From NCBI GenBank assembly GCA_024704765.1, contig JAKMXF010000288.1, forward strand, positions 372,001 to 436,000: a stretch of DNA of 64,000 bases, written 5' to 3'. The notes below the pieces were generated by a model, which ran no database searches, was not told the DNA's origin, and was given only the letters and a program-made list of their open reading frames with translations. A program made the position numbers and the translations under genes. The DNA comes from Oopsacas minuta. Its lineage: Eukaryota > Animalia > Porifera. Shown one piece after another: positions 9,835 through 22,810 of this stretch. Within the stretch, counting starts at the first letter, position 1. Every line of letters starts with the position of its first letter.

Positions 9835-12800
9835 TGTTTTTGAAGATACACAACTTCCTTGTTCACCAACAGAATACACTAGCACAAGTTCAAAGGAGGA
9901 AAAATCTAAAAGTAACATCAAATGGTGGAAAAGTCCACTCGTCTCAAATGATACTAAAAATAACCTTTGTGAAAATGGATGGGAGTGTTTGGTATCTAAA
10001 AGTGATATTGTAATATTCAGAAAACCTAAGGAGAATTCTGCAGCTTATATTTACAAAGGTATCAATCTGTTTAAAGTGTAACCTCTATGAACGGAGTGTC
10101 AGGGACGCCGAAAAATGCTACCCGCTTGTGGAGGTTCATTCTTATGGGGCTAGGAAGTTGCTCTTTTCATTTTAACCCCATTTCCACAGGTCCAGTTTGT
10201 GGAGGTTACACTGTATTAGGATTTGTAAACTTCTTTATACAAACCAATTTATAGTTTTTGGAAGAAATTTTGATATATCAGCGGCAGATTTTTTCTTCAG
10301 TCAAGTAAGTATTGGACCTCTAAATAATATTATTATTACTATTAGTATTATTATTGTTCATAGGTAGATAACAGTTACAGGAAGACATGGGATAAATACG
10401 TTTGGGATATAGTATGTTTAGGCGAAGATAAGGAATCAAAGCAACAGCTCTTATATTGGGTTGTCAAGTATCCGGTTAGTTCAAAAGATACGGTGTATGC
10501 CGGTTATAAGCACCATCCTTTGGAAATCGGTTATCATATATATTCCTGTATATTTATACCGGTTATAAGAACATGCATCGCTACTCCTAAGGATGTTCTT
10601 AGTTCTTACGTACAACCGGCATCTACTGTATTGAAAATTTACTTTTATGAGCTCATAAAACGAAACTTTACCCGCATAGAACTATTGAACCTGTGTGAAC
10701 TTTTGGTTCCCGAAAATTGAATTCTGGCGCCTTAAATGAGCTATAATTTTTACATTTTAGTGAATACCATTAATTTCTATATTTGAAATTCGTTGCTATG
10801 ACAATTCTAATAATAAATCTAACGAACTAGTTAGTTTCTCTATTTTGCTACAAAGAAATATATCTCTAAGAGGTCCACGTATCATCACCCCAATTTTTGT
10901 GATCATCAGGAGCTGTCGCGGTTGGGAGAAAAGATTGTGTCAGTACGGGTTGTAGTGCAGCAGCCTCTTGGTCCCCCCAATCCGGATCGGCTTGTGAGTT
11001 CTGATCTGGTCCCGCCCATTGTTGTGTCTGCTGGGCGGCCGGTTTCACTTGACCATCCAAACCCTCGGTCCAGGATTGTGGTTCATACTCTGCCTCGTGG
11101 ACCTGGGGCCCCTCTTGCTCTTGTCTTTCTACGTCAGCAGGATCTCGATAGAAAAACAGATCCACCATTACCTCTGCCCATTCCTTGTCATCCTTCAATT
11201 CCCCACGCATTCTCTTTACCTGTCGATTACATAACACATTTTTTCTAAGTCAGAATAATACTACGATACATTTCAATGATTTCATTCCACCCTTCGCCCG
11301 CTATTAACCTTAGTTTGCTAGCATGCCAATGATGATGTCATAGATCTCCACATTCCTTAATATGGAACTATCTAATTACAGTGTAATCTCGTTAATACGA
11401 ACAACAACAGACGGTCATAATATGTCCGCTTTAACCGGAGTAATATCAATTGAATTACAATTGTAGGGAGCTGATTATGTGTAACTCTTCGTTCGTCTTA
11501 TTCGGAACTTCGTATTAACGAGGTTCTCTTGTATATACTCACCTCTCTAGCTAGTAACCACCACATAAGTCCAATACTGTGATTATTCTCCGTATTACAA
11601 GGAATAGCAATATCGATATACTTCAAATTAGCGCTCGTATTACAAAACGCTAGAGTCGGTATTGCTACGTAGCTGGCCTCAGCTATCGGTTGATGATCTA
11701 TTATTGGATCTGAAACTATGAGTAGGCGAGGTTCCCGAAAGGAGCTTGTGATCTGATTCGTCAGAGTGCCAGGGGTAAAACGTCCGGCGATTGGTGTCGC
11801 TCCGGTATGGGTGCAGAATTTCAAGACAGCCCGTTGGCACTGCTCGTTTCCACTGACCGCCACTACATCGGCAGGATTTTTCACTGCTACAATCACGCGA
11901 GCCGCGAGCAGAACTTTTTCCCAAATTTTCTTGACATCAAATATCGGGATACCATCTGGTCGTTTGGAATGTATGTACTCTTCCATTTGGAAGTTAATAT
12001 TAGCTTTCCCGAGATGTGTTTTGGCTAATAGCATCATTGCTACATCGTTCTTCTTCAGGGCTAGAGCTTGTCTTCTTCCAGACATTCTAATGGTTATAAT
12101 GGTAACTAGATTGTGTTATATGAGATAATGAGATTAGTCATAATAGGGTTGATTTCGCGCTTGTCAAAAGTCCCCCCTAAATTATCCAATAACGGAATTT
12201 CCCGCCTTTTTTGTAAGCCAATCTGACATACAGATATGCTATATATCCCGCCTAAATCTCCGAAGTCCCGCCTATTTTATGAACTCTAATTGTTGTGTGT
12301 GTATTTTAAAAGGCAAAGTTTATCACCAAAATACTCAAGAAATAAGAATAATTTCTCTCAAAAGTTCAAATACCATAAATCCCGAAGAGATAACTGTACT
12401 AGTACAGTTTTTTTGCAATACAAAAACCCCATACCCCCATTAGAAAAAGGTGACTTTCATTAACCCGCACGAAGTTGAGAATACAGTATAGTTTCTACCT
12501 CCCAGAATAAGTGTCTGACCCCAGTGGTGTCGTCACAATGAATGCAAAAATTATCACATTTGTGTTCGTTATCGTAACAGATTAATTAATCACATGTCCT
12601 AAGCCACAATTGAACTATATAACTTTCAAGACACAGACGTGGCATACGTAGACAATATGAAGTAATAAACAACCACCCTGAAGGAAATCTGAGATAATTT
12701 CAAATGCAACCATAAATATGCAAGTCCATTGGAAGCATACGAATATACTAATAGCTATTCTATTTTCATTTGGAAATATGGGACAGAATTCTACTAAGCC

Positions 12801-14746
12801 GAAGAAAACACAACTTAGCAAACCTCAAGTTTCTGAACAAATAATTGAGACTATTCCTGAAATGGATCTACCAGTGCGGTCGAAAAAAACATCGACACCT
12901 CCCCCACAAAGTTCCAAAGGTGACTCCTTAGAGAGTTTTTTCCTAACTTATAAAGATTCGGACAGTGACCAAATTATGGCAGGGGGTGTTGAAAGGTTCT
13001 GTAATGATTTGAAAGTCGATCCGACGGATTTTATCGTCCTTGCGATCGCTTGGAAATTCAACGCCGATCAGATGTGCATGTTCACGAGGGAGCAGTTTAT
13101 TACTGGATGTAGTGAACTGAATGTTCATAACATCAAAGAATTCAGGAAGATGCTTCCAACTCTAAAATCGGAAACTTCTGACAAGTCAAATTTCAAAAAG
13201 TTATATTATTTCACTTTCCAATTTGGCCTTGAGCAAGGACAACGTACTTTACCGATCGAGATGGCTGTCCCACTTTGGCAATGTGTCTTTCTTGGCGCGG
13301 AAAACAGACCAAAACTCCTTGACGATTGGTTGACATTTCTCCAAGAATCGAGCGCTAAATTTATTAGCAAAGATACTTGGAACATGTTCTACTATTTCAT
13401 TGAGACCGTCCAAGTGGATTTGTCCAACTATGATGAAACCGACGCGTGGCCGACACTTTTTGATGATTTTTATGAATTCCAAGAAGACAAGAAAAACACA
13501 AAAACAGCCTAAAATATGTACCATAAATAATAGAGTTTTATGTCTGAGGTGTGGAAATGTATATGTATTAAATAGTTTGTTTTGTTGTAGTATCCTATGA
13601 TGGCAAGAGATTATCTTTTGATACGAAAGACTATTGTAAGTAAATGTTTGATGTTTTGTTATAGCTAGCTAGCACCTTTAGCACATAATGGACCAGAGCC
13701 TTGCCACTACGAGGGGTCTGTTATGACAAAACTTGTCTTTTCACTCGAAACCCCTGGGAACAATTGAGAAATCGATGTCCGCAATCACGTTTGGAGTGAC
13801 AAATGAATTCTGATAATTTATAAATTTTGTTACTAATCTAGGTAGACAGAGATAACAATCGTATGGGAATCATATCAAGGTAGTTGTCTAACCACCGTAT
13901 TAGCAGATCCAGAATTGTCCAAAGGGACTGGGCTAGAGCGTTGTGAGTACTTCAGCGGTTCAGCCCCCCTGCCTCCTGGATCTGCCCTTATTTAAGGTGT
14001 CGGTAATTAGCATTCCACGGGGCCACGAATCAACAGTTAGCACCCCATAAAAGTGTGAATCGAGTGTGTCCTGAAGACCCATTGTAAATTCACCTTGTTT
14101 CCATGTTTAGGCTAATAATGTTATTATTTGTTTGTTTACTTCTAACAGGACAACAACAAACAAAGAATGGCCACCTGTTCCTAATAACGTTAGAGTAGAA
14201 GAATTTTCATCAAATATGTTAATCTTCGCACACACAGGAATTGATCAGGTATACATAGGAGAAAATCTCTAAAATGGTGTTAAAAATATCTTTGGACAAT
14301 TTTTTGACCCCAGGTGGATATTGACACCCTCCAGTGCACCTATTGTCCAATTTTCAAGTCAATCGGACAAGTATAGTATACAGAATCTGTTTATATATTT
14401 TCACACCTTTTAGAATGGATTTGACTTTCAACTAACGAGCGTAGATAATCCCAAAACAAATTTTCCACGGAGATTCTCAAACTATGCAGTAACTTCAGGT
14501 AGGTGACAGAATATGCAGATTTAAATCAGTACCATATAGTTATCAATTCTTACCCAGTACGGGGGGATTGAGACCTTTCAATAACCTCACCCCCTGGGGC
14601 GTGTTCAGAGGTCAATCCAGTCCGGAGTGGGTAAGGAAAGGTAACATACCTATCTCACTATAGGGTTGCCAGATTACATAAGCAGATTATATGAAGCAAC
14701 AAAAGACTTGGGAAGAATCGGAAATGAAGAAATACCTGATTGTTAA
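9835..14746 (+). CDS. STARD7: START-domain lipid transfer protein, STARD7/PCTP-like; 5' exon(s) unresolved
   Basis: Hand-stitched GT-AG exons in consistent phase: 9835-10058, 10255-10304, 10364-10474, 13591-13635, 13842-13879, 14149-14248, 14414-14498, 14664-14746. They read [17 protein letters not shown]...[35 protein letters not shown]...[36 protein letters not shown]...[15 protein letters not shown]...[19 protein letters not shown]...GLPDYISRL, collinear with the STARD7 START domain. Confidence 0.88.
10075..10215. mobile_element. Dispersed MITE-like family D, representative copy
   Basis: Ends GTGTAACCTC...GGAGGTTACACTGTA. Related copies lie near 2440-2505, 19060-19205, 24655-24735, 36645-36730 and 44826-44925. 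Confidence 0.6.
10866..12085 (-). CDS. RPSA: 40S ribosomal protein SA (uS2); exons 12085-11543 and 11219-10866
   Basis: Motifs [33 protein letters not shown] and [11 protein letters not shown]|KRMRG...DLFFYRDP; one GT-AG intron in phase. Confidence 0.97.
12778..13512 (+). CDS. DCUN1D3: DCN1-like protein 3, intronless
   Basis: Myristoylation-type start MGQNSTK (ATG at 12778). The PONY/DCUN1 domain has [29 protein letters not shown] and [14 protein letters not shown]. Confidence 0.9.
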   Translation: MGQNSTKPKKTQLSKPQVSEQIIETIPEMDLPVRSKKTSTPPPQSSKGDSLESFFLTYKDSDSDQIMAGGVERFCNDLKVDPTDFIVLAIAWKFNADQMCMFTREQFITGCSELNVHNIKEFRKMLPTLKSETSDKSNFKKLYYFTFQFGLEQGQRTLPIEMAVPLWQCVFLGAENRPKLLDDWLTFLQESSAKFISKDTWNMFYYFIETVQVDLSNYDETDAWPTLFDDFYEFQEDKKNTKTA

Positions 14747-15061
14747 TTACAATAATTATTGTGTCGTATTATTAGCTAATTAGTCAATCAATCTTTTCTC
14801 TTACATGTATATATTGTTTGTGGTAATGGGGGAACGAATATTAGCGTTCGGGACCCCTGTTGACAAGGTGTGAATTTATAGTATTTTAGGAGACGGCTAC
14901 AGCAGAACTAAAAATTATTGATTGAGACTTGAACTTCAATTTTGGTTATTTTAGTCATGTCTAGACACAGATAAATGTGTCCAGTGACACTACTGCTTGT
15001 ACCACTAATAAAAGTGGCAGCAAATAACAAGTTGAAAGTTGAGCCAATAAATATCCATTAA

Positions 15062-15150
15062 TACAGTGAATCCCGATTATAAGAACACCGTCTGGAACTG
15101 GACACAATGTTCTTATATCCGGTATGTTCTTATAACCGGCATTTACTATA
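15062..15150. mobile_element. Dispersed MITE-like family C, representative copy
   Basis: TACAGTGAA...CCGGTTATAAGAACA core recurs near 6040-6170, 10494-10630, 15768-15822 and 37460-37607. Confidence 0.55.
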
Positions 15151-15320
15151 CCAAACTTTTGTGGCACTTCCTTAATAATAGCGGGACATCGTGGACGTAG
15201 CATATTTGTATTAGACTGGTAGGTAGTCGGAATTATATCTATGGTAGGTGAAAATGTAACACAGAATGTAGAATATAACTATATATGATCTGCTATATAC
15301 AAACAGCTGATTAAGCAAAG

Positions 15321-16516
15321 ATGGCACGGATCGAACTTGTAAACCAAATTTTATCTGTTTCAAATAAAGCAAGAATTGCTACTTTCTTGACAACAGATAA
15401 GGATAGATGGAATGTGAAAGGAAAAGAAGCTATGAATCGATCAGCTGTTCTGGTACCGATATGTTCGTATCGAGGGAAACTGAGTTTATTATTCACCATT
15501 AGGAATGTTAATTTGTCCTCTCATAAGGGGCAAGTAAGGTGTGAAAATTTATTTTACATATATTATACAAGTAACACCTGTTATATCGAAGCTTAAGAGA
15601 CCGTGATATTCAAATCGATATGACAGATAAAATATATGTTTCTTTGACGGTTTGGGACCATATTTGTATAACTTCACACTTCGATATACGTGGGTATTTC
15701 TATAAATCCGTGTTAAATATAACGGAGAGTATAGCTAATATGAAAATAGCTATAGAGTGGGTGCCGGTTATAAGACACCCTTGGGAGTAGTAAACATGTT
15801 CTTATATCCGGCATTCACTGTATGTGTGTATTTTCTAGTTTCCCAGGGGGTCACGAGTCTCCAGGAGATGAGTATCCTATCGGGACAGCGATAAGAGAGA
15901 CGAGAGAGGAGATAGGGTTATGTATTAACAGAGAGGATGTTATTGCTTGTATTGGACCTGTTCCTAACCGGGTAAGTAATTCGTCCCTAACCGGACAGAA
16001 TTTCATAAGAAACCTTGCCCTCTGAACACGCCCCGAGGTGAAGTAATGAGTGTCATATCACACCTGAGCGGACACAATTTTAGAATTCTAACTATTTAGA
16101 AATTGGTAAAGAATATCGCAGCAGTGATAGCAGATATTGGAGAAGTTAATGAAGATAGTTTGACACTTAATACTAATGAGGTAAACAAGTAAACAACAAA
16201 CATACAAACAAACATACAAACAAAGAAACGACAAACAAACAAAGAAACGACAAATAAATAACAAACAAACAAACAAACTTTTCATACATTTTAGGTGTCA
16301 GAAATATTTTTCCTTTCATTTGAAACTATATTAACAGAGAAAAACCAAAGATATACAATCTTTAGAAATTTTAGACACTTTGGTATGCCTGTCTTTCTAG
16401 GGGGACCCAGACACATCTGGGGTCTAACTGGAACTATACTAGACATAGTCCTGGAAATGATCCTACCCGAACAGCTGGAATATAAGCCAATCAGATTGAG
16501 ACCTTGGAAAAAATGA
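15321..16516 (+). CDS. NUDT8: Nudix CoA pyrophosphatase, NUDT8-like (4 exons)
   Basis: LLFTIR...SSHKGQV|SFPGG (splice 15538/15839), Nudix box GGHESPGDEYPIGTAIRETREEIGL, and IWGLTGTIL. Confidence 0.85.
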
Positions 16517-16728
16517 ATTCCTATGTAATTTGTATGTGAATGTAATGATATCTATATTTAGCTCATTTTGACATTCCAATGGAGTATAACATTCTTAAAC
16601 ACGGGTTTGTAACCAAGGAAAGATTCTCTTATCTAGCAAATGAATATTTTCAACAAACGAGCTAATAAATAAATAAACACAGCCCCATTCCCATTCTGAT
16701 AAATAACAACAAACAAACACAAATAATA

Positions 16729-16759
<31 letters not shown>

Positions 16760-16918
16760 TAGCACACTTGTTTGTATATATCTAATTTACATCCTCCTAT
16801 AACTACTAAACAACAACACAACAACAGATAACAACACATCCATTCTATTAATGTAAAAACAATAAAAGTACCAGAGTTTTAGATAAATACTAATAAACCC
16901 AATTTCTAATCGTCATAA

Positions 16919-18454
16919 TTAGAAAATTGAATTTTGTGTGGGTCCATAAGGGTTTGTGGAGCTCCAGGTGGGGTAGGAGGTCTGTGGCGGTGCCGCAGGG
17001 ATTTGGGTCGTGGAAATCTGGGTGGGGAGCTTGGAGTATGCGTCGCCGCCGGTTAAGCGGACCTCTTTCTCCTCCCATACGTGTGCTCTTGATTTTGAAG
17101 GCTTGTTTACTAAACTAAGCTCGTCAAGGGTACGCTCCAGGCCCGTTTCTACATTGAAACCGAGGCTCTGTTTGGTCTGTCCAGCTGTGGCAGTGTTTGG
17201 ATCGTTCAATTTTTCTGGCTGCAAGATTGTGTCGAATAGTGTCGGTTCTGAAATGGTAGAGTGAGTGGTGTTAGAAAAGGGAGATGGCTCAAAAGTTGTC
17301 ACAGTTGGGAAAGGATTCCCTGTTGAGAAACCGACCGAATTGGTGGCGGTTGTATCGACCCATGGGTCTTTAGTTGGCGCAGGACTATTGAAAACATCTT
17401 TTAACTCTAGGAGAGAGCTCTCTTCTCTTACTTTTTGAGGTTTAGCGTATAGCGCCTCGTCAGAAGAAGCGAATGGGATTACTTTTTCTACCGATAAAGT
17501 TGTTTTAAGCGGCTGAGGTGATAGCACCCTTTTCACGTTACTATTAGGTGATGTAGTTTGGAAACTGGTTGGTGATTTGGACCCATGTGGGGATAATTTA
17601 CCATCTAGGGAGGCCAGATATGTATCCATCGCTTGGAGGAGATCAGCACCGCTCGCTGAGGAATCAACAATCGATTGATCCTCTACCCCAACTTCGCTAG
17701 CAACGGAGAAATACGTCCGTGCGTTTTCACAACGATTCAAATATTTTTTATAAATTTCAAGACCTTCTTTGGCATTAGTCTTTTTGAAATCGAAATAATG
17801 CTCTAACATTATAATTATTCCTTCGTTATAAAGAGCAAAGAGTTTCACTAAGTCTTGGAAACAGCGCACAAATGCCGCGTATATTACCGCGTTACTCACT
17901 TCATGAGCTTGAGGATCAAAATTCAAAAGCGAATCGAAAAGTTCTTGCAGTATGGGAAAATGAGTCATCAATTTTGCGATTGTCATCGTGCGTAGGAATC
18001 CATTCTCACCTCTTTTGACACGACAGTAATCGAAACCAGCCCTCTGGTAAGTGGTTGCCTTATGGTTCAGATATCGAGCATATTTCCGCACAAAAGTTGA
18101 CATATTCATCGTATCGATACTCGATCGATCCGACAAGTTATCTGTGTGGAAATTTGTAGTCCTTGGGGCGAGATATTGTATGAATCTCTCATTACCTTGG
18201 ACCATAAGAAAATGCGCCGTAACCAGAGCCTTGAATGACACAATCCAGTTTGTGAGTTTGACCCTTTCGAGTATAAAAGTTGCCAAATCTGGAATACTCA
18301 CCATCGGTTCATTTGTACACAGGACCAAATAATCAACATGTTTCCTTTTTGGCGCGATTAACTCATGACTACTCGCTTTACAGACCGCCTTATTCAAGTT
18401 GTCACCTGTCAAAGTATTTTTCGCCGCCTCTATTTTATCAATTACAACAGCCAT
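16919..18454 (-). CDS. PICALM: ANTH-domain clathrin assembly protein (PICALM/AP180 family), intronless
   Basis: KAVCKASSHELIAPKRKHVDYL, NWIVSFKALVTAHFLMVQGNERF and QDLVKLFALYNEGII, followed by a disordered tail with DPW/NPF motifs. Confidence 0.93.
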   Translation of the reverse strand: MAVVIDKIEAAKNTLTGDNLNKAVCKASSHELIAPKRKHVDYLVLCTNEPMVSIPDLATFILERVKLTNWIVSFKALVTAHFLMVQGNERFIQYLAPRTTNFHTDNLSDRSSIDTMNMSTFVRKYARYLNHKATTYQRAGFDYCRVKRGENGFLRTMTIAKLMTHFPILQELFDSLLNFDPQAHEVSNAVIYAAFVRCFQDLVKLFALYNEGIIIMLEHYFDFKKTNAKEGLEIYKKYLNRCENARTYFSVASEVGVEDQSIVDSSASGADLLQAMDTYLASLDGKLSPHGSKSPTSFQTTSPNSNVKRVLSPQPLKTTLSVEKVIPFASSDEALYAKPQKVREESSLLELKDVFNSPAPTKDPWVDTTATNSVGFSTGNPFPTVTTFEPSPFSNTTHSTISEPTLFDTILQPEKLNDPNTATAGQTKQSLGFNVETGLERTLDELSLVNKPSKSRAHVWEEKEVRLTGGDAYSKLPTQISTTQIPAAPPQTSYPTWSSTNPYGPTQNSIF

Positions 18455-19350
18455 AGTATTCTGCTTATATAGAACTGGAAGTATGTTTATATATAAATTC
18501 CTATACCTATATTTTATAGTTTAAGCTATACTAGATAATTCTATTGTGTCGCCATGGTGACGACGATAGTTAATAGCAATGCTTAAATAGACTTATGAAT
18601 TCATATTTGTATATTTACGCATTCCAGAGAGATGCAGTCAATAAAGAAATCTGGAAAAGTCAACACGTAGAAACTAGAAAGTGTTAAGATAAAAGTACTT
18701 TTCTAAAAATAAAAGAAATGAGTATTTACGTATTTATGCAACCTAATCAGTCCTTGACGACACCATGGTGACATAGGAATGTGTGTTATGAACACTCTGG
18801 GTTTCATTGGAAAGGGGTAACCGGAGTGTATAATATAAATATAAAACAGAGATGGATTGTAGTATTTACGCGGATATCTAGTTTTAGTTTGCCACAGGAA
18901 AAGGCGGGAAATTAGATTTTTATCAGATTTAGGCGGGAAGTCCGCCAAAACGAGACAGCAACTAAAATCCTAAATAAACCATGAATATCATATTCAATAG
19001 AGAATACAGTAATTATTGGCAGAGGAAATACGTATGCATATTTTGTGAAGGACTTTCACAATGTGTAACCAGCACAACCTGGGTCTGTGGAAACGGAGTG
19101 AAAAGTAAACAGAGCGAATCTTAGTCCAATACAAATGAACCTCCACTAAAGGGGTAGCATTTTTCGGCGTTCTTAGCAGCCCGTTGGTTGAGGTTACACT
19201 GTGTACTTTTATGGACAAATTATTGGACCCTTTTGGGTGCAAAATAAGTGGTCATGATTTGAAAGACATTAGGAAATTACTCGTAAATATCTCAACATAA
19301 TAACTGTCTTGAATTACGAAAGAATATATAAATGTAAGTAATAAATGGAA

Positions 19351-20583
19351 CTATGGAAGGATAGCTGGAACTAAATACTGCAGAGCAACTTGATCATCAA
19401 GGCAGAGGAACACCTGGAGCGCTCTATCTGCTACAATATTACAAATTGCCCGCGTGGGTTCAAAACTTGATTGTAGTATTTGTAGGAATTTTTTAATATC
19501 CACGGTAACTTCTTTCATGTCACCAGGATCGTTGGTCGAATCGGACAAAAATTCCTTGCATTTGATCGATTCTACATCTTTGAATGACATTTTAACTGAG
19601 ATCTCGTCTGTCTCAATCTTTAAGAACATATCTCCTTGGCTGTTAGCGGCGATTTTTAATTGTGTCGACATATTTTTCAGTCGTTCAACTGCCACTTTAA
19701 TTTTCTTCAAATCGGGTAGGACAACTGACGCGTCTAATTGTGGCATAGATGGTTCTTGAAATAAATGCCACTCTTTTTGACCAATCAATTCAACTTTGAT
19801 GTCGTGTATTGTTGTTTTTTGTTTAGAAGCGGCCGAGGCGAACGCGCATTCTAATCTCAGACAGGGAGATTCCTTCCCTCCGTCCCCAAATTGTTTATTT
19901 TTGAGGATCATTTTGATCTCCATGGCGTTTTGTCCGGTTTTGAAAGCTTCTGAGAGATGTGATATATGTAAACGGAGGTAGAGCTCTGAAGGAAATCCAT
20001 CTGTCTCTTCACACCTATAAGAAGAACCATGGATGTGTAATGGGACAACAATAAGCACAGTATATTTATAATAAAAATGAAATGGATAAAAATATTAAAT
20101 CACCAGTTTCATATTTTAGAACTTTCACTACAAAATATGATAAATTAAAATTTTGTGTGTAGTGGCGGATCCACGTTTGGGGCATAGCTCAATACAATTG
20201 AAATACTAAAGTGGAAATCGGTGTTTCGCCTCCCTTAACGGTACCTAGAAGAGGGAGGACCGGAGGATGGTAGGCAAAAAGTGACGAAGGGAGGGAGGCA
20301 ACTGTTAGAGAGTTGAACGACCCCACGACCCCAAAGCTAGACAGTTGTAACAGGCAATTGTCTCGGCCTGTTATTCAACCTACCTATACTCGTGGAATAA
20401 GTCACTATGATTCATAACACAGTAAAGCGCTTGATCTGATAGAGATCCTTCTGCCATGAAAAAATTAATTTTCTTCATAGAGAAATGTATTACACAATTT
20501 TGTACAGTTTTCTTGATTGTAGAGATTACATTCGAAAGTAGTTGGATTGAGTTTACATCGATTATATGAGCTCTAAAACGCAT
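19351..20583 (-). CDS. HUS1: 9-1-1 checkpoint clamp subunit HUS1; exons 20583-20384 and 20014-19351
   Basis: Starts MRFRAHII...FHEYR and ends with the PCNA-like fold LQYLVPAI; one in-phase GT-AG intron. Confidence 0.9.
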
Positions 20584-21162
20584 ATTTACTGAAAATTTTG
20601 TTTCTAAAAAGGTGTGAATAATGAGTAGAGGGTAACCTCCAGAAATGGGGTGTCAGGGGAACTGAAAAATGCTTCCACGTTTCCCAATTTCTCGTTTATG
20701 GAGGGCTAAGGATTGGTTCTATTTTTTCGCTCCGTTTCCAGAAGTTCCCCATTTCCAAAGGCCCCCGATTGTGAAAGTTAAGCTGTAGAATATCTTAAGG
20801 GTTTAAAATATTACCATTATAAACATTTGACCAAAACATGTACAACCAAATCAGTGGTTACACCTTATCCATCCGTGGAACCCTTCTCATAACTTCAATA
20901 CGAATTTTGATATCTTCACCAAGAGGTTCAGGAACCACAGGCCCAATGATCCAATATTAATCTCTCTGGAACTGTGAGAACATCGATAATATATGTTTCA
21001 AAAGTGAAATACAAAACAAGTAAACAGAAGCAGAATGAAAGCATAATTCGTGAGATCAAAAGAAACGATCAACTTTGAAGATCGATTTCAAAAAGACGCG
21101 CATAAATTTCTATAATTACCCTATCAGATCTTTAGCTATAAAATAGGCATATCGACCATTTT

Positions 21163-22231
21163 CTATATAAAAGCTCGTATGTAAAATTTTCGCATTTGTT
21201 CTAACAGAATAAACGTGATTACTGTGTGTGGACCTATTCTCGCGAAATATGGCAAAAATCCTTTCCATAAACTGAAAATTCCTTCTTTACCGATAACTTT
21301 CCTAGCAACATCAAAGGAATTCTTGTAAAATAAAGTACCATCAGGTAACGGCTTTTGATTCTGAATTCGAGTTTTACAAATATCAACCGGCATAGAAGCG
21401 ACCGTAGTTATGAAACCTGACATCAGTGAAGCGGCGAAATGACATAAAATATCATCTTTGAAGTATTTAGATTCTAACAGGAATTGTTTTGCCTGTGAAT
21501 AAGATGCTAACTGTGCGATATTTACAACTATAGCTCGAATTACTGTCGGGCGCCAGCCATTCCACATTTTCGTCACTCCCTCCTCGCGGGAGATCCTGAC
21601 TAAACCCTCTATCGCGTTTTTATAATTTCGTCTTAGACCCTCGGGAAGCCGTCCGTCACTCGTCATTCTTATGAGCGTCAGATCAGCGGGGGTACCAACG
21701 AAGGCGCCAATTCCTCCTGCAATCAATGCCATACCTCCCTAAAGATACATAAGCAAGTAAGTTATTTATTTTGAAACAAACAACACACAGTAGAACCTCG
21801 TTAATTAATACAAGTTTCCTGATAAGGCGAACATAAATGACCACCCGTTGGGTGTTCGTATTAACGAGGTTCATGTAAATTTCACTATGCAAACTACAGA
21901 CCTTAATCAATATGTTTGGATTTTTCCCTTCTCTTGCAAAATAACGATCCTGTAGTGTTGAGAATATGCCTAGCCGTGTGGTAGTATAGGTAGCTTGTCT
22001 TAACAACCCAGCAGATATTCCATTCCACATTCCTAGAACACCTTCTGCACGGCCTATTTTAACGAATGCATCCAAAGAGCTTGTATATAATTTCCTATTC
22101 TTGCCCTCCCCTGCCATCTGTAATCTGTTCTTTAACAGGTCTAGAGGTTGGACGACAGCTGTTGCTCCCATGCCCGCTAGACCCCCAAACGTGAAGTTTA
22201 TTGATTTTGGAAGTTGTTTTTGTTGTGACAT
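21163..22231 (-). CDS. SLC25A11: Mitochondrial 2-oxoglutarate/malate carrier; exons 22231-21902 and 21738-21163
   Basis: Three PxDxxKxR carrier motifs, GLLRQATYTTTRLG and RIGPHTVITF. Confidence 0.94.
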
Positions 22232-22810
22232 GTGTATAGCTAACTTCAGTAATACAATCACATATTAGAATGCGAGGGATTGACGGACATAAGTCGGGAC
22301 AATCTATGGACTCCTTGGTGGCCAATGGGCGACACCAAGGGGTCCAAAGGATCTCTAAATTTGTATCACAGTCTATGGAGGGCCCAAGGGTGAAAAAGGT
22401 TGAGAGTCGCTGGCTTAAGTGCGTATGACCCTTTCCATAATATATCTTGTGGATCCTTGGTTCGGATTTTGGAAAAAACTGCTATAGCCTTTCCAAAGGT
22501 CTTGATAAGGCTTATGGCGCCATGTTTGCAAATTTCTCATAAAAACACGTATACGTACCAGGCAAGGCAATTGTAAGCCAAATTCTTCGGATATCTGTAT
22601 TAAGAGCATGTAACTCTATGGAAAGGCCTTAACAATTTCATTTTGCTTCCGCCGTGGCTACCAGGAGACTATTAGAATCTCATACCCCAGATTGGACATA
22701 ATAGCAACAACAATATTAAACTTTTTGAACATTAAATATCACAAAATCTAAGATGAATTCAGTTACAATTAGAAATCCCAAAAATCTACATATACATAAT
22801 AAAGCAAAAT

